Counted from the first letter of the stretch, positions 11,513 to 22,697 are shown. The stretch: DNA of 64,000 bases from Candidatus Krumholzibacteriia bacterium (GCA_963836185.1 CAWIIQ010000001.1:1888001-1952000), one strand, 5' to 3'. Program-made: numbers and translations. The notes: generated from the letters alone by a model not told the origin.

Positions 11513-11905
11513 ATGAACAGCGGAACATCACAGAGTAAAAGAACGGGCACTTATCCCGATGAGTGTTTCCTGCAGGAGATCGTGGACTCGCATTTCAGGG
11601 AAAGAGGATTCCACCGCATCGAGACCAACTGCGTCGATTACGTATGCGAACATCCCGACACGGGGGACAGATGGCACATCGAGGTACATGGAGCTTCTGC
11701 CGCTGTGGGCCTGGATTTCCGGCTCGGCATCGGACAGCTCGTTCGCGGTATCTCCCACCGGAACACGAAGTACGCCCTCGCCCTTCCCGACATGCCACAG
11801 TTCCGTAACCAGATCAAGAACATAGAGCCCTGGGTCTGCAAGGCGCTGAATATTCACTGGGTACTGGTAAACCAGGATGGCGGGATGACGATCCTGGAGC
11901 CTTGA
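11513..11905 (+). CDS. Small putative PD-(D/E)XK restriction-endonuclease-fold protein
   Basis: E..LQ..V...F...GF, VD, W.IEVHG, GIGQL, YALALP pattern. His at the usual Lys position. Confidence 0.5.
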   Translation: MNSGTSQSKRTGTYPDECFLQEIVDSHFRERGFHRIETNCVDYVCEHPDTGDRWHIEVHGASAAVGLDFRLGIGQLVRGISHRNTKYALALPDMPQFRNQIKNIEPWVCKALNIHWVLVNQDGGMTILEP

Positions 11906-12018
11906 GCCCGGATTTGTATTCTCACCTGAATCCGTGATAAACCCGTATACCATTGACAAATGCCGGTACTACAGGCAGAATCCTCACCGTAACACTCGAT
12001 TATTCATTAAAGGAGAAG

Positions 12019-13689
12019 ATGATGAGAAAGATATCGATTCTTTCCGCTATCGCTGCACTGCTTTTAGTCACTTTTATCCCGGCCTTCGCGGCAGAGGTGG
12101 AAGACAGTATCAAGGAAGCGGAAAAGCTCGCGGACAGCGGAGATCTTCCCGGGGCGGTAGCTCTGCTCGAGAAGGTCACCACCGATAATCCTGAAAACTC
12201 CGACGCATTCGCCTACCTCGGGCTCTATACAGGCATGAGCGCCGGACAGGCCCCGAACTACGAGGAAGCGGGCAGGCTCATGATGCTCTCCTTCGAGCAT
12301 CTGGACAAGGCGGTCAAACTCGATGGAAAAAACCCCGAAGCATATCTCTTCCGCGGGATCATCGGCATCAATGTTCCCGGATTTTTAGGAAGACTTGAAG
12401 CGGGTATCTCCGACCTCGAGCAGGCAGTCGAGCTTTACTCGGCGTCCTCCTCCCCTGAGGCAGGCAAGGGGATGTTAGCGGGATTGACCAATCTTGCAGA
12501 AGGGTACGCGAAAAACGAGGATCCTGCCGGCCAGAAAAAGGCTCTTGAGAAGATCGTCGCGATCGCTCCCGGCACTGAAGCTGCGGCGGCCGCACAGAAA
12601 CAGACCGATGGACTCGGGGATGTCGAGGAAAAGCCGGAAATCGATACCGGCCTCTTCGAACCGAAAGAAGGGGACAGCGAGAAGGTCCTCGCCCTCAAGA
12701 GTTCTCTGCTGAAAGATCACAGCGATCCCTCCCTCCTCTTTCAACTGGGATCGGAATATTACGAGGCAGAATCGTACGGAAACGCCAGAGAAATTCTGAA
12801 GGTGTATGTATCGATCGACAAGACAAGAGTCGAGGCCTTCAGGATGCTCGCCCTTTCGACGGCCAACATGGCAGAGCGTGGCTACGATGAGAGCATCTAT
12901 GAGAACACCGACACAAGGTCCAATCTCGCCTTCGAGATCATGGCCGCGTGGGACAGGGCTGTCGAGCTTTCCCCTGACGACATGGAACTGAGACTGACCC
13001 GCGGAACGTTCGGCCTGATGTTGCCGTTTTTTCTGGGCAAGTTCGACCAGTCGGCCGCGGATCTTGAGATGGTCATAAGCAGTGAAGCGTCCGAAGAGAT
13101 GAAAGCAGAGGCGCTCTTTTACCTTGGATACGCCAGCGAACGCAAGGCACTCACGACCTACATCAAGCTGGCAAAGAACTACCCGAAGACTGAAGGGGCC
13201 AGGATGGCCTTCGAACGAATGAGACCGCATGTCGAGAGGCTTGACGAGAGTAAGCTAAATACCCCGTGTGTCAAGATAGACTTCGTGCTGGGATTCCAGG
13301 ACGAACTCCCCCCACAGACCGCCGTCTGGATAGAGGACGAGAACGAGAACCATATCAGGACACTCTACGTATCGGGATTCGCCGGCTACGTCAAAGAGAA
13401 GCAGGTGACCCTTCCCCTCTGGGGAGCTATAACAAAGTTCGAAGGGATAGACGGTGTCACCAGCGCGAGTATCGACATAGGGCACTATATCTTTGTATGG
13501 GACCTGAAGAATTATAACGACGAGAAGGTAAATAAGGGCAAGTACAGGATCAGGGTGGAGACCTCGCACTGGCCTTCCAACCTCTACCAGAACGTCGAAG
13601 CGCTGATCGAGATCGGGAAGAAAGAGAACAGTGTCAGGGTCGAAGAAGGCGACTTCATACCCTTCTTCGAGGTTACATACCTCAAATAA
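12019..13689 (+). CDS. Exported TPR protein with C-terminal DUF2271-like domain
   Basis: Signal peptide (..IPAFAA), several TPR-like helical pairs, C-terminal QTAVWIEDE..HIRTL...DGVTSAS...VWDL...GKYRIRVE. Confidence 0.7.
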   Translation: MMRKISILSAIAALLLVTFIPAFAAEVEDSIKEAEKLADSGDLPGAVALLEKVTTDNPENSDAFAYLGLYTGMSAGQAPNYEEAGRLMMLSFEHLDKAVKLDGKNPEAYLFRGIIGINVPGFLGRLEAGISDLEQAVELYSASSSPEAGKGMLAGLTNLAEGYAKNEDPAGQKKALEKIVAIAPGTEAAAAAQKQTDGLGDVEEKPEIDTGLFEPKEGDSEKVLALKSSLLKDHSDPSLLFQLGSEYYEAESYGNAREILKVYVSIDKTRVEAFRMLALSTANMAERGYDESIYENTDTRSNLAFEIMAAWDRAVELSPDDMELRLTRGTFGLMLPFFLGKFDQSAADLEMVISSEASEEMKAEALFYLGYASERKALTTYIKLAKNYPKTEGARMAFERMRPHVERLDESKLNTPCVKIDFVLGFQDELPPQTAVWIEDENENHIRTLYVSGFAGYVKEKQVTLPLWGAITKFEGIDGVTSASIDIGHYIFVWDLKNYNDEKVNKGKYRIRVETSHWPSNLYQNVEALIEIGKKENSVRVEEGDFIPFFEVTYLK

Positions 13690-13699
13690 TGGAGTGAAG

Positions 13700-14068
13700 A
13701 TGAAAGTAGTGCGTATCGCCGACGCGGAAAATTACGAGCCCGAGAAGGACTGGAAGCGTATCAGTCTCTGCGGAGAGTGCGACATATCCGTCGAGCATTT
13801 CGTTAAACCGCCCGGCCACTCCTCCCCCGACCACAATCATCCCAACTCCCAGGTCCTCATCGTCCTCGAGGGCAAGCTCGTGATCATCACCGAGAAGGAC
13901 GGCGAGCAGGAACTAGGCGTCGGGGACGCAGCGTACATCCCGGGCGACGAGATGCACATCGTCAAAAACCCGCTCGATATTCCCTCGAAAGGAATCGATA
14001 TCTTCGTACCTGGCCGCTCGTTCGATTTCTGGACGAAGAGAAAAGCGGCGGAATGCACCGATGACTAG
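13700..14068 (+). CDS. Cupin-domain protein
   Basis: PDHNHPNSQ..IVLEG, GDAAYIPGDEMH. Confidence 0.85.
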   Translation: MKVVRIADAENYEPEKDWKRISLCGECDISVEHFVKPPGHSSPDHNHPNSQVLIVLEGKLVIITEKDGEQELGVGDAAYIPGDEMHIVKNPLDIPSKGIDIFVPGRSFDFWTKRKAAECTDD

Positions 14069-14235
14069 GTAGCCTTCTGCGCCAAAACACTCTCACCTCG
14101 AAAAAATATTTCCCCGGAATGTGAAATTTTTCGCATCATTTCGGAACAGATATCGTATTAAGACTTATAAAGTTCATGCTCGCGGGATATTCCCCTTATC
14201 CCACCGGGTCTCGCAGCAAGGTAAGAACGAGAAAT

Positions 14236-16509
14236 ATGAGAAAAACAGCACAGCCCGCAATCGCAGGACTGATTGCACTCCTGCTCCTGTCGTCAAACGC
14301 ATCGGCGCAGGATGACCAGGCAGAGAAAGAATTCGTCCCTGTATATCATCCCGAGATGACTATCCGCCGCGCCGCGGGCCCGATCAAACTCGACGGCGAA
14401 CTCGACGATGAAGGCTGGAAAGGTGCCGCGAAGGCAGATAACTTCGCCGAGCACAATCCGGGAGACCAGATAAAGCCGGCCGTCGATACAGAGGTACTCA
14501 TCACATTCGACGACGAGAACCTCTACGTCGCCTGGATCTGCTACGACGACCCGGACCAGGTACGCGCCTCGTTCTGCGAGAGGGACCGGATATTCCAGGA
14601 TGACTTCGTCATGCTCATGATCGACCCATACGGCGAAGCTACATACGCATACGAGATCGCATCCAATCCATTCGGTATACCGGGGGACCTTCTCTTCTCC
14701 TCCTCTAATGGAGAGGATATCTCCTTCAGCATGATCTTCGAGACGAGGGGAAGGATCACGGACTTCGGCTGGGTAGTCGAGATGAAGGTCCCGTTCAGGT
14801 CCCTTCGCTTTCCCAACAGCGAAGAACAGGTCTGGCGGGTCGACTTCTGGCGAAACCGGCCGCGGGAGGTAAGGTACCAGTATTCCTGGGCCGCCTATGA
14901 TCGCGATGTCGACTGCTGGCCCTGCAAGTGGGGAACGATGAAGGGGCTTTCGAATATAGACTCAGGATCGGGCCTCGAGCTCCTTCCCTCGGTCGTAGCA
15001 CATCAGGCCGGAACCATCGACGAGGACGGAATCTTTCAGAACGATGATGCCAAGGCCGAACTCGGCCTGGGGATCAAATACGACTTCACCTCCGAAATCT
15101 CCGCAGGGATCACGATAAACCCCGATTTCAGCCAGGTCGAATCGGATGCTGCGCAGATAGACGTCAACACGACATTCGCCCTTTTCTATCCCGAAAGACG
15201 GCCGTATTTCCAGCAGGGCAGCGATATCTTCAATACCGACTTCAATGCTATATACACACGCTCGATCAACGATCCATCAGTCTCGGGCAAACTGATCATG
15301 CGCAAGGGAAGAAACAGCCTCGCTTTCCTCTCCGCGCTCGATGAGCACTCGATCGTCATCCTCCCCTTCGAGGAGGAGAGCAGATACGTCGCCAACGGCA
15401 AGAGTTTTTCCAACCTCCTGAGATACCGCCGCGATCTGGGCGAAGGATCGCATCTTGGAATCGTCGCGACGGACAGGCGTTTCGACGGAGGCGGGTCGGG
15501 AACGCTGGCAAGCGTCGACGGACAGATCCGCCTGACCCAGAGCAACTCTATCGAGTTCCAGATCCTCGGGACCTATACTGAAGAGATAAACAATCCCGCT
15601 CTGACAGACAGCGCATTCAACGAGGAGACCTTCGACGACGGGAAATACACCAAAGCTCTGGACGGCGAGGAGTTCTGGGGCCACGCCTTCGAGGTCCAGC
15701 TGGGCAGAAGCACAGGCACTTACTGGCTCAGCGGAAACTATCAGGAAAAAAGCCCGACCTTCCGGGCAGATAACGGCTTCGAACCGCAGAATAACAACAG
15801 GCTCGGCAGATTCAATATTGGCGGAATCAAGAGATTTGAAGACAGTAAGGTGATGGAAAACATCAACGGCAGTCTGGATCTGGGCAGGAAGTGGAACTTC
15901 GATAACGTCCAGAAGGATGAATGGGTCAACGCCAGCTTCGAGTTGAAGTTCCGCGCCGCCCAGACGGGGATCCACAGCAGTTTTATGGGAAGCAACGAGC
16001 TCTTCGGCGGGATACAATTCGACGGTATCTGGCAGGCCCACACCTGCATTCATACTCAGCCGTGGGAAGTCCTTAACATGGGCGCCAACTACAATTACGG
16101 CCACCGGATCGCCAGGCACGACCTCGTGATGGGCAAAGAGATAAGCTACGGGGCCTGGGCCGATATCAAGCCGATCCCCCGGCTTCTCGTCGCTGTAAAC
16201 TACAACCACGTATTCAGCGACGACCTGGAGACTGATGAGAGGCTCTTCTCGCAGTCGATATTCCGGCTGCGGACCGACCTGCAGATGTCACGCAGGTTCT
16301 CTATCAGGTTTATCACCCAGTACAATGACAGGTACCGCTCCTGGGACTTCGACCCCCTGCTCACATACAGGGTCAACTCCCTCTCTGTCTTCTACGTCGG
16401 CTCGACCTATCATTACAGGGAATACGCGCTGACCGAGGGCTCGCTCGAGGACTGGCGACTGGAGTCGAGACAGTATTTCCTGAAGTTCCAGTACCTCTTC
16501 CAGCTCTGA
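14236..16509 (+). CDS. CBM9-like/DUF5916 family exported (probably outer-membrane) protein
   Basis: Signal peptide; IKLDGELDDEGW, GWVVEMKVPFRSLRF, TINPDFSQVESD, LFYPERRPYF, IYTRSI; ends FLKFQYLFQL. Confidence 0.8.
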   Translation: MRKTAQPAIAGLIALLLLSSNASAQDDQAEKEFVPVYHPEMTIRRAAGPIKLDGELDDEGWKGAAKADNFAEHNPGDQIKPAVDTEVLITFDDENLYVAWICYDDPDQVRASFCERDRIFQDDFVMLMIDPYGEATYAYEIASNPFGIPGDLLFSSSNGEDISFSMIFETRGRITDFGWVVEMKVPFRSLRFPNSEEQVWRVDFWRNRPREVRYQYSWAAYDRDVDCWPCKWGTMKGLSNIDSGSGLELLPSVVAHQAGTIDEDGIFQNDDAKAELGLGIKYDFTSEISAGITINPDFSQVESDAAQIDVNTTFALFYPERRPYFQQGSDIFNTDFNAIYTRSINDPSVSGKLIMRKGRNSLAFLSALDEHSIVILPFEEESRYVANGKSFSNLLRYRRDLGEGSHLGIVATDRRFDGGGSGTLASVDGQIRLTQSNSIEFQILGTYTEEINNPALTDSAFNEETFDDGKYTKALDGEEFWGHAFEVQLGRSTGTYWLSGNYQEKSPTFRADNGFEPQNNNRLGRFNIGGIKRFEDSKVMENINGSLDLGRKWNFDNVQKDEWVNASFELKFRAAQTGIHSSFMGSNELFGGIQFDGIWQAHTCIHTQPWEVLNMGANYNYGHRIARHDLVMGKEISYGAWADIKPIPRLLVAVNYNHVFSDDLETDERLFSQSIFRLRTDLQMSRRFSIRFITQYNDRYRSWDFDPLLTYRVNSLSVFYVGSTYHYREYALTEGSLEDWRLESRQYFLKFQYLFQL

Positions 16510-16573
16510 TCCTTCATCGAAAATACTTTCGATTCAGGATACGCCATGTGCTACGATGTGCAGGGGTGATCAT

Positions 16574-17767
16574 ATGAAAAGCTCAAGACGTGATTTCCTT
16601 AAATCCGGCCTCGCCTGTGCCGCGGCCGCGGCACTTCCCTCCTGCTCAAAAGACGAGAAGAGCAAGGCCGGCATCGTTCCGGAATACCAGCTGGTAAAAC
16701 GTACACTCGGCAGGACCGGGATCGAGATACCGATAATCAGCATGGGAGCCAACTCCTGGGATGAATCCCTCTACTACGCCGCAATGGAATCGGGGATCAT
16801 CTTTATCGACACAGACCACATGTATCGCAATGGAAAACATGAGAAATTAGTCGGACGCGTGATCAAACGACGGCCACGCGAATCGATGTTCGTATCGACG
16901 AGGATAAACATCGACAAGGAGAGAAGAACCGACATGTACCCGAAAGGCACCAGGGGCGAGCAGTTCCTCAAGCCTTTCGAGAAGTGCATCTCCAACCTCG
17001 ACGTCGAGTATCTCGATCTCCTCTCACTGCACAGCGTAATGAGCGTGAAGGAGGCGATATTCCCTCCTGCCCTGGAAATATTCCGGAAGCTCAAGTCAGA
17101 AGGCAGAACGAGGTTCCTCGGCGTCTCGATCCACGGATACGAACCGGACGTGATCAGGGCGGTCACCGACTGCGGAGTCTACGACGTCATATTCATCTCG
17201 TACAACTTCAAGCAGCGCCACCGCGAGCAGATCAAAAAAGCGATCGCGTATGCCGCGGATGCCGGGCTGGGTATAATCGCGATGAAGACCCAGGCGGGCG
17301 CTTTCCTCGACAGGGAAAGGACGAGACCTGTCAATCACCGGGCGGCGGTCAAATGGGTCCTGGGCGACACGAACGTCCACACTGTCATCCCGGGATTCAG
17401 CAACATCGAGCAGATGAAGATGTTCCTCTCGGTGATGAGCGATCTCAAGCTTACCCCCGAGGAAGAAGCCGACCTGGCCATGGCGCATTCAGAGGAGGGC
17501 CTTTACTGCCAGCAGTGCGGGAGCTGCAGGGGGCAGTGCCGATATGGTATTGCGATACCAACCTACATGCGCGCCTACATGTACGCATACGGGTACAGGA
17601 ACCCCGGACAGGCGAGGGATACGATAAAGGATATCGTCCCCGCCGTCCCTTCATGCGGACGCTGCGCTGAATGCAGCGTCTCATGCCCGATGGGATTCGA
17701 CGTCAGGGACCGTGTACTGGACATCGCGCGGGTAAGAGATATCCCTGAGGATTTTCTGACCGTCTAG
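16574..17767 (+). CDS. Aldo/keto reductase with C-terminal 4Fe-4S domain and twin-arginine leader
   Basis: SRRDFLK; RTLGRTG, IDT..Y..G..E, GLGIIAMK; CQQCGSCRGQC and CGRCAECSVSCP. Confidence 0.88.
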   Translation: MKSSRRDFLKSGLACAAAAALPSCSKDEKSKAGIVPEYQLVKRTLGRTGIEIPIISMGANSWDESLYYAAMESGIIFIDTDHMYRNGKHEKLVGRVIKRRPRESMFVSTRINIDKERRTDMYPKGTRGEQFLKPFEKCISNLDVEYLDLLSLHSVMSVKEAIFPPALEIFRKLKSEGRTRFLGVSIHGYEPDVIRAVTDCGVYDVIFISYNFKQRHREQIKKAIAYAADAGLGIIAMKTQAGAFLDRERTRPVNHRAAVKWVLGDTNVHTVIPGFSNIEQMKMFLSVMSDLKLTPEEEADLAMAHSEEGLYCQQCGSCRGQCRYGIAIPTYMRAYMYAYGYRNPGQARDTIKDIVPAVPSCGRCAECSVSCPMGFDVRDRVLDIARVRDIPEDFLTV

Positions 17768-17786
17768 TTACTAACGAAAGGTAATC

Positions 17787-18226
17787 ATGCGTTCTGAAGT
17801 CTGGGCCCTCATGACTGCCGCCTGCTGGGCGGTCGGTTCGATGCTGGAAAAGAAAGGCGTGAAGCTCGGGAACCTCTCCCCCGTGATGGGAACGACGATC
17901 CGTACCGCCTTCTCCCTCATCCTTCTCTCGTTTCTATCCTTCCCTTTCTGGCACCAGCTCAGGACCGCGGGTCCGAAATCGATATCACTTGATAGCCATC
18001 GGCGGCGGACTGCTCTCGGGATGCCTCGGGAATAATCTTCCTCTATACGGGACTGAAGAACGGAAGCCTCTCGACAGTGATGACTATAGCCTTCTGCTTC
18101 GCCCCCGTACTCGGGGCGGTACTCGGGTATTTCTTTCTCAATGAAAGGCTGTCGCCGATCCAGGTGACGGGGATAGCGCTCTGTGTGGTCGGCGCCGCTA
18201 TGACGGTCTATTTCCGGGGGAATTGA
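17787..18226 (+). CDS. Small EamA/DMT family membrane protein; frameshifts near 17990 and 18030
   Basis: WALMTAACWAVG..EK.G, then GLKNGSLSTV...APVLGAVLGYFFLNERLS..QVTGIAL, ending TGA 18226. Confidence 0.75.
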
Positions 18227-18679
18227 GTCGAGCCCTGAGGCTGATCGTCCTGATCGAGCCTGATCTGAAGGTTCCAGCCCTTGTCGTCGGCCCTCTTGCC
18301 GCCGTACAGAGCCCCGAATACCGCCATGTGCACCTGCGATAGCGAACGCGGCATCCTCGTTCCAGGCGCCTGCCATCTCACCGAAAGCGCCGGCCATGAA
18401 TCCCGCTGTCATCCCCATTCCCGCACCCTTGAGGGTGCACTGCATCTGCGAGAGCCGGTAGACCTCGTAGCCGGAGAGGTTCGGAGTGCCTGGAGAGGTT
18501 GACGGCGAAAGAGAGTAGTCGATCTTTGTCTGGTAGTAATGTGCCGGCAATGTCAGGCAGGATGGTTTCGGCTTGACTACGATCGTATCGACCGCGGCGC
18601 TGTCCGCTATCCCCTGCCCTGTCACCGACAAAGGCAGGACCATAATAGACAGAAACAGGATGGTTGTTGTTCTGCGCAT
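18208..18679 (-). CDS. Secreted hypothetical protein with a glycine-zipper-like hydrophobic segment; frameshift near 18328
   Basis: Signal peptide MRRTTTILFLSIMVLPLSVTG; GAGMGMTAGFMAGAFG...AVFGALYGG; reconstructed stop TAG at 18208-18210. Confidence 0.55.
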
Positions 18680-18829
18680 CGATACGACCTCTCTGACCCG
18701 GCATTGATTATCGCATATTCATGTTCGGTTCACAAGCCCCGTCCCGGCCCCTTTCCTGTTGCCCGGATGATCATTTGTCTGGATAATGGAACCATGTCAG
18801 TTTGAACGTCTCAACGATCAGGAGGTTCC

Positions 18830-20209
18830 GTGATACATACCAGTAAATATACGGCAATCATATCGTTGTTCTTTCTGATTCTGACCGTGACTCTCACCGT
18901 GTCAGTATGGTCCGCTCAGGATGACTGGGAAAGGCTCACGGCGGAGTCATTCGATCTCTATCAGCTGCAGCAGTACGACGAGGCGATACTGCTGTCGAGG
19001 GAGGCACTTGAAGCAGCTGAGATTGAGTTCGGAGCGAGGCACCAGGTCGTCGGAAAATCGATGAACAACCTCGGCGCGATGCTCTCCAGTCACGGCGATC
19101 CCGCCGAAGCCGAACTCATGCTCACCGGGGCCCTCGAGATCCTCGAGGAGGTCCTCGGAAAGGATGACCCGGGGACCGCATCCACCCTCAATAACCTCGC
19201 CGAGCTCTACTCCAGCCAGGACAGGTACGGCGAGGCTGAACCGCTGTTCAAGCGCGCTATCGCACTGAGGGAGATAGAACCGGGTGAAAGACATGCGGAC
19301 CTTATCACTTCCCTCGATAACCTGGCGGCGCTCTATGTGAAAATGGACAGGTTCCGCGACGCGGAACATCTCTATGAGATGGCGCTGGAGATCAAGGAAG
19401 AGTATTACAGAAAAGAGCATCCGGATTCGGAAGCGATCACGGAAAAGATCATCCAGTTGTATATCCGTGAGGGTAATTACCATGAGAGCCGCGACAATGT
19501 CGATGAAGCGGCTGCAGCTTATGAGACGGCCCTCGAGATGATGAAAGTACTCAGAGATCCCGACCTGGCTTCAATGGCCGCGCTTCTCGATATCATCACG
19601 GTAATAAATATCCGGTCAGGGGAGTACGAGGAAGCGGTCTATAATTACAAAAAGCTCATGAGCATTCACTCAGAGCTTCACGGAAAACGATCCGAGGAAT
19701 ACGCGAAGGCTGAAAGGGATCTCGCGAGGACCTATGTGAGGCTGGGACAATACGAGAAGGCCGTCCCTCTCTATGCATCGGTCATAGATATCGAGACTGA
19801 AAGAGCAGGCAGCGATTACCCTGAACTCGCCAGGACACTGGCCGAGCAGGCATCGGCCATGACATCGCTGGCGAATTCATATCTTGAGGAAGGCAAAGCC
19901 GAGGATGCCATCCCCCTCTTCGCCGAAGCAATAGAGATCAGAAACAGGACAGGCAAGGCTGACGATTCCTCCCAGGCGGTGAGAATGAATAACCTTGCCG
20001 GACTCCTTGTCGATCTGGAAAGGTACGAGGACGCTGAACGGTTCTATCTGAAGGCGCTGGAGGTCCTGAAGCGGTCTTCGTCGAAAGGGACCGTTATCAA
20101 CAGTACACTTATCCTGCAGAACATGAAACAGCTGTACAGCCGGACCGGGGACCTGGAAAAAGCCGCGGCCGTCGACAGCCTGCTGACCGAAGAGACAGGA
20201 GGTCCCTGA
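18830..20209 (+). CDS. Exported TPR-repeat protein (kinesin-light-chain-like TPR_10/12)
   Basis: Signal peptide; repeated LNNLA.LY..Q.RY.EAEPL..RA units. Confidence 0.85.
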   Translation: MIHTSKYTAIISLFFLILTVTLTVSVWSAQDDWERLTAESFDLYQLQQYDEAILLSREALEAAEIEFGARHQVVGKSMNNLGAMLSSHGDPAEAELMLTGALEILEEVLGKDDPGTASTLNNLAELYSSQDRYGEAEPLFKRAIALREIEPGERHADLITSLDNLAALYVKMDRFRDAEHLYEMALEIKEEYYRKEHPDSEAITEKIIQLYIREGNYHESRDNVDEAAAAYETALEMMKVLRDPDLASMAALLDIITVINIRSGEYEEAVYNYKKLMSIHSELHGKRSEEYAKAERDLARTYVRLGQYEKAVPLYASVIDIETERAGSDYPELARTLAEQASAMTSLANSYLEEGKAEDAIPLFAEAIEIRNRTGKADDSSQAVRMNNLAGLLVDLERYEDAERFYLKALEVLKRSSSKGTVINSTLILQNMKQLYSRTGDLEKAAAVDSLLTEETGGP

Positions 20210-20334
20210 TCGCCTGAAATTCCTGTTGCGCCATAATATGATTTTTGAGACAATCCGCAGGCACGATTACCTGTTTCTTTAAGTGAATAAACGTTTTCTG
20301 GACTCTCCACTTCAATGGATAGCGAGGTGAAGGA

Positions 20335-21487
20335 ATGGTCAAACGAGTCGCTATTGTCGGCATCGGGACCACGGGATTCCGTCCTGTCACGCCCGATGTC
20401 TCATTCCGCGAGCTGATCTTCGAGGCAGCGCGGAAGGCATACACCGACGCCGGGATAGAACCCAGTGAGATCGACGGATTCATCACAACGGCAGAGGACT
20501 TCATGGAGGGCTACTCTATCGCTGACGAGTACTGCCCCGACCAGCTTGGATCGGTCCTCAAACCGACGCAGACGATCCCGGGCGATTTCATCCATGGACT
20601 GGCCACCGGCTATATGATGATCATGACCGGGGCTTTCAAAACCATCGCTATCGAGGCTCACAGCAAGGCTTCGAACGTTTTGAACATCAGTGAGACGATG
20701 GGATTCGCACAGGATCCGGTCTATAACCGGCCCCTGAGGGAAACTCCTCACGCCGTGGCGGGCCTGGAGATGACGAGGTATCTCTTCGAGTCGACCACCT
20801 CATCCGAGCAGTGCGCCAGGGTCGTCGTAAAGAACAAGAGGAACGCGATGCGGAATCCGTACGCGGCATTCGGCGCCGACCTGTCAGAGGATGATATCCT
20901 CGCTTCCGAACCGGTCTCCCTCCCGCTGCACAGACTCGATATCGCTCCCCACGCGGACGGATGCAGTCGTCGTAGTGCTGGCAGCAGAGGACATGGCCGA
21001 CGCGATGTGCGAGACCCCGATCTGGATCGAGGGGCTCGGTTGGTCGACCGACACGCCGACACTCGAGATGCGCGACTGGGGCGACGCAGCCTACGCGCGG
21101 CTGTCGGCAGAGATGGCCTACAGGATGGCGGGGATCGAGGATCCCGCAGCTTTGATAGATTTCGCGGAGATATGTGACGAATACTCCTACAAGGAGCTCC
21201 AGCACATGGAAGCGCTGAAGCTCTGCATGCCCGGCGAAGCGGGCTTCATGCTCGAGAGTGGAGCGACTTCGTACCAGGGCGAGCTTCCAATCAACATCTC
21301 AGGTGGCGCGCTCGGCGTCGGGCACCTCTTCGAGGCATCCGGCGCGCACAAGATACTCGAGCTCGTCGAACAGCTTCGCGGTGAAGCGGGCGCCCGGCAG
21401 ATCCCCGACGTAAACGTCGGTCTTGCTCAGGCCTGGCGCGGTGTTCCGACTGCTTCCGGAGCGGTCGCCATCCTTTCGAACATGTAG
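20335..21487 (+). CDS. Thiolase-fold (SCP2/Ltp-like) protein 1, no nucleophilic Cys; frameshift near 20962
   Basis: RVAIVGIGTT.F, VVVKNKRNAMRNPYA, IAPHADG, FAEICDEYSY, PINISGGALGVGH, QLRGEAGARQ. Confidence 0.85.
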
Positions 21488-21500
21488 GAGGTCTTTTGAG

Positions 21501-22664
21501 ATGGGAATGAGGAAAGTAGCAATGGTGGGAGCCGGCATCACGAAATTCGTGCGCCGAGCGCAGGAGACGGGAAAGGAGCTGTCATGGCAGGCCTCCAAAA
21601 TGGCCCTCGACTCCTGCGGCCTCACTCTCGATGACGTCGACATGGTAACGCTCGGCACCGCGCCCGACGCTTTCGACGGAGTCCACATGAAGGGTGAGTA
21701 TCTGGCAGACGGAGCGGGCGGTATAGGTAAGCCGTACATGCGCCATTTCGTTGGCGGAGGAACGGGAGTATTCAGCCCGATACACGGCTGGTTCCACGTG
21801 GCGAGCGGCATGGCTGATATCGTTCTCGTCGTTGCCGAGGAGAAGATGTCGAGTTGCCACCCGCACCCCGCGGGAGCCTTCCTGACGATCTTCGACCACA
21901 CGACCGAGCAGCCGCTCCTGCCGACTCTGATCTGGATATTCGCTCTCGAGATGAACCGTTACATGGAAACCTACGGCATCACGAAGGCGGACATCGCCCA
22001 GGTCTCGGTAAAGAACAAGCTCAACGCGATGGATCATCCCTCGGCGCAGGTCGCCGAGAAGATCACCGTCGAGGACGTACTTAACAGTGAGACTCTCTGC
22101 TGGCCGGTAAACCGCCTCGACATCTCCCCCGCCTCAGACGGCGCCGCGGCGATTGTACTCTGCAGCGAACGCGTCGCACGCCGGCTTACCGACAAGCCGG
22201 TCTGGATCGACGGCGTGGGACACGCGATCGATACGGCCTACTGGGCCACACGCGATCTCTCCTATCCGCGCTACGTCGAAACGGCGGCGAGGCAGGCTTA
22301 CGAGATGGCCGGCATCACCGAGCCCGACAAGGAGATCCATATCGCCGAGCCGTACGATCCGTTCGATTACAAGGAACTTCACCACATGGAAGGGCTGATG
22401 CTCTGTCCGCGCGGCCAGGCTGCACAGCTGACCGCAGACGGAGTCACCGCCCGTGACGGCAATATGCCGATCTGCCCCTCGGGCGGCGCCCTGGGAGTCG
22501 GCAATCCTATCGCCGCTACCGGCCTGATGAAGATCATCGAGATCTACCTTCAGCTCCGCGGCGAAGCGGGCAAGCGCCAGGTACCGGGCAATCCGCGCTG
22601 CGGGCTTGCCCAGGCCTGGGGCGACCTGATGCAGATGGGCACAGTCGTTGTGATGAGGAACTAG
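21501..22664 (+). CDS. Thiolase-fold (SCP2/Ltp-like) protein 2, no nucleophilic Cys
   Basis: VAMVGAGITKF, VGGGTG at the CASG position, SPASDGAAA, EPYDPF, SGGALGVGNPIAATG, QLRGEAGKRQV. Confidence 0.9.
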   Translation: MGMRKVAMVGAGITKFVRRAQETGKELSWQASKMALDSCGLTLDDVDMVTLGTAPDAFDGVHMKGEYLADGAGGIGKPYMRHFVGGGTGVFSPIHGWFHVASGMADIVLVVAEEKMSSCHPHPAGAFLTIFDHTTEQPLLPTLIWIFALEMNRYMETYGITKADIAQVSVKNKLNAMDHPSAQVAEKITVEDVLNSETLCWPVNRLDISPASDGAAAIVLCSERVARRLTDKPVWIDGVGHAIDTAYWATRDLSYPRYVETAARQAYEMAGITEPDKEIHIAEPYDPFDYKELHHMEGLMLCPRGQAAQLTADGVTARDGNMPICPSGGALGVGNPIAATGLMKIIEIYLQLRGEAGKRQVPGNPRCGLAQAWGDLMQMGTVVVMRN

Positions 22665-22697
22665 TATTTCGAACGGAACGAACAAGGAGCATAAGAG

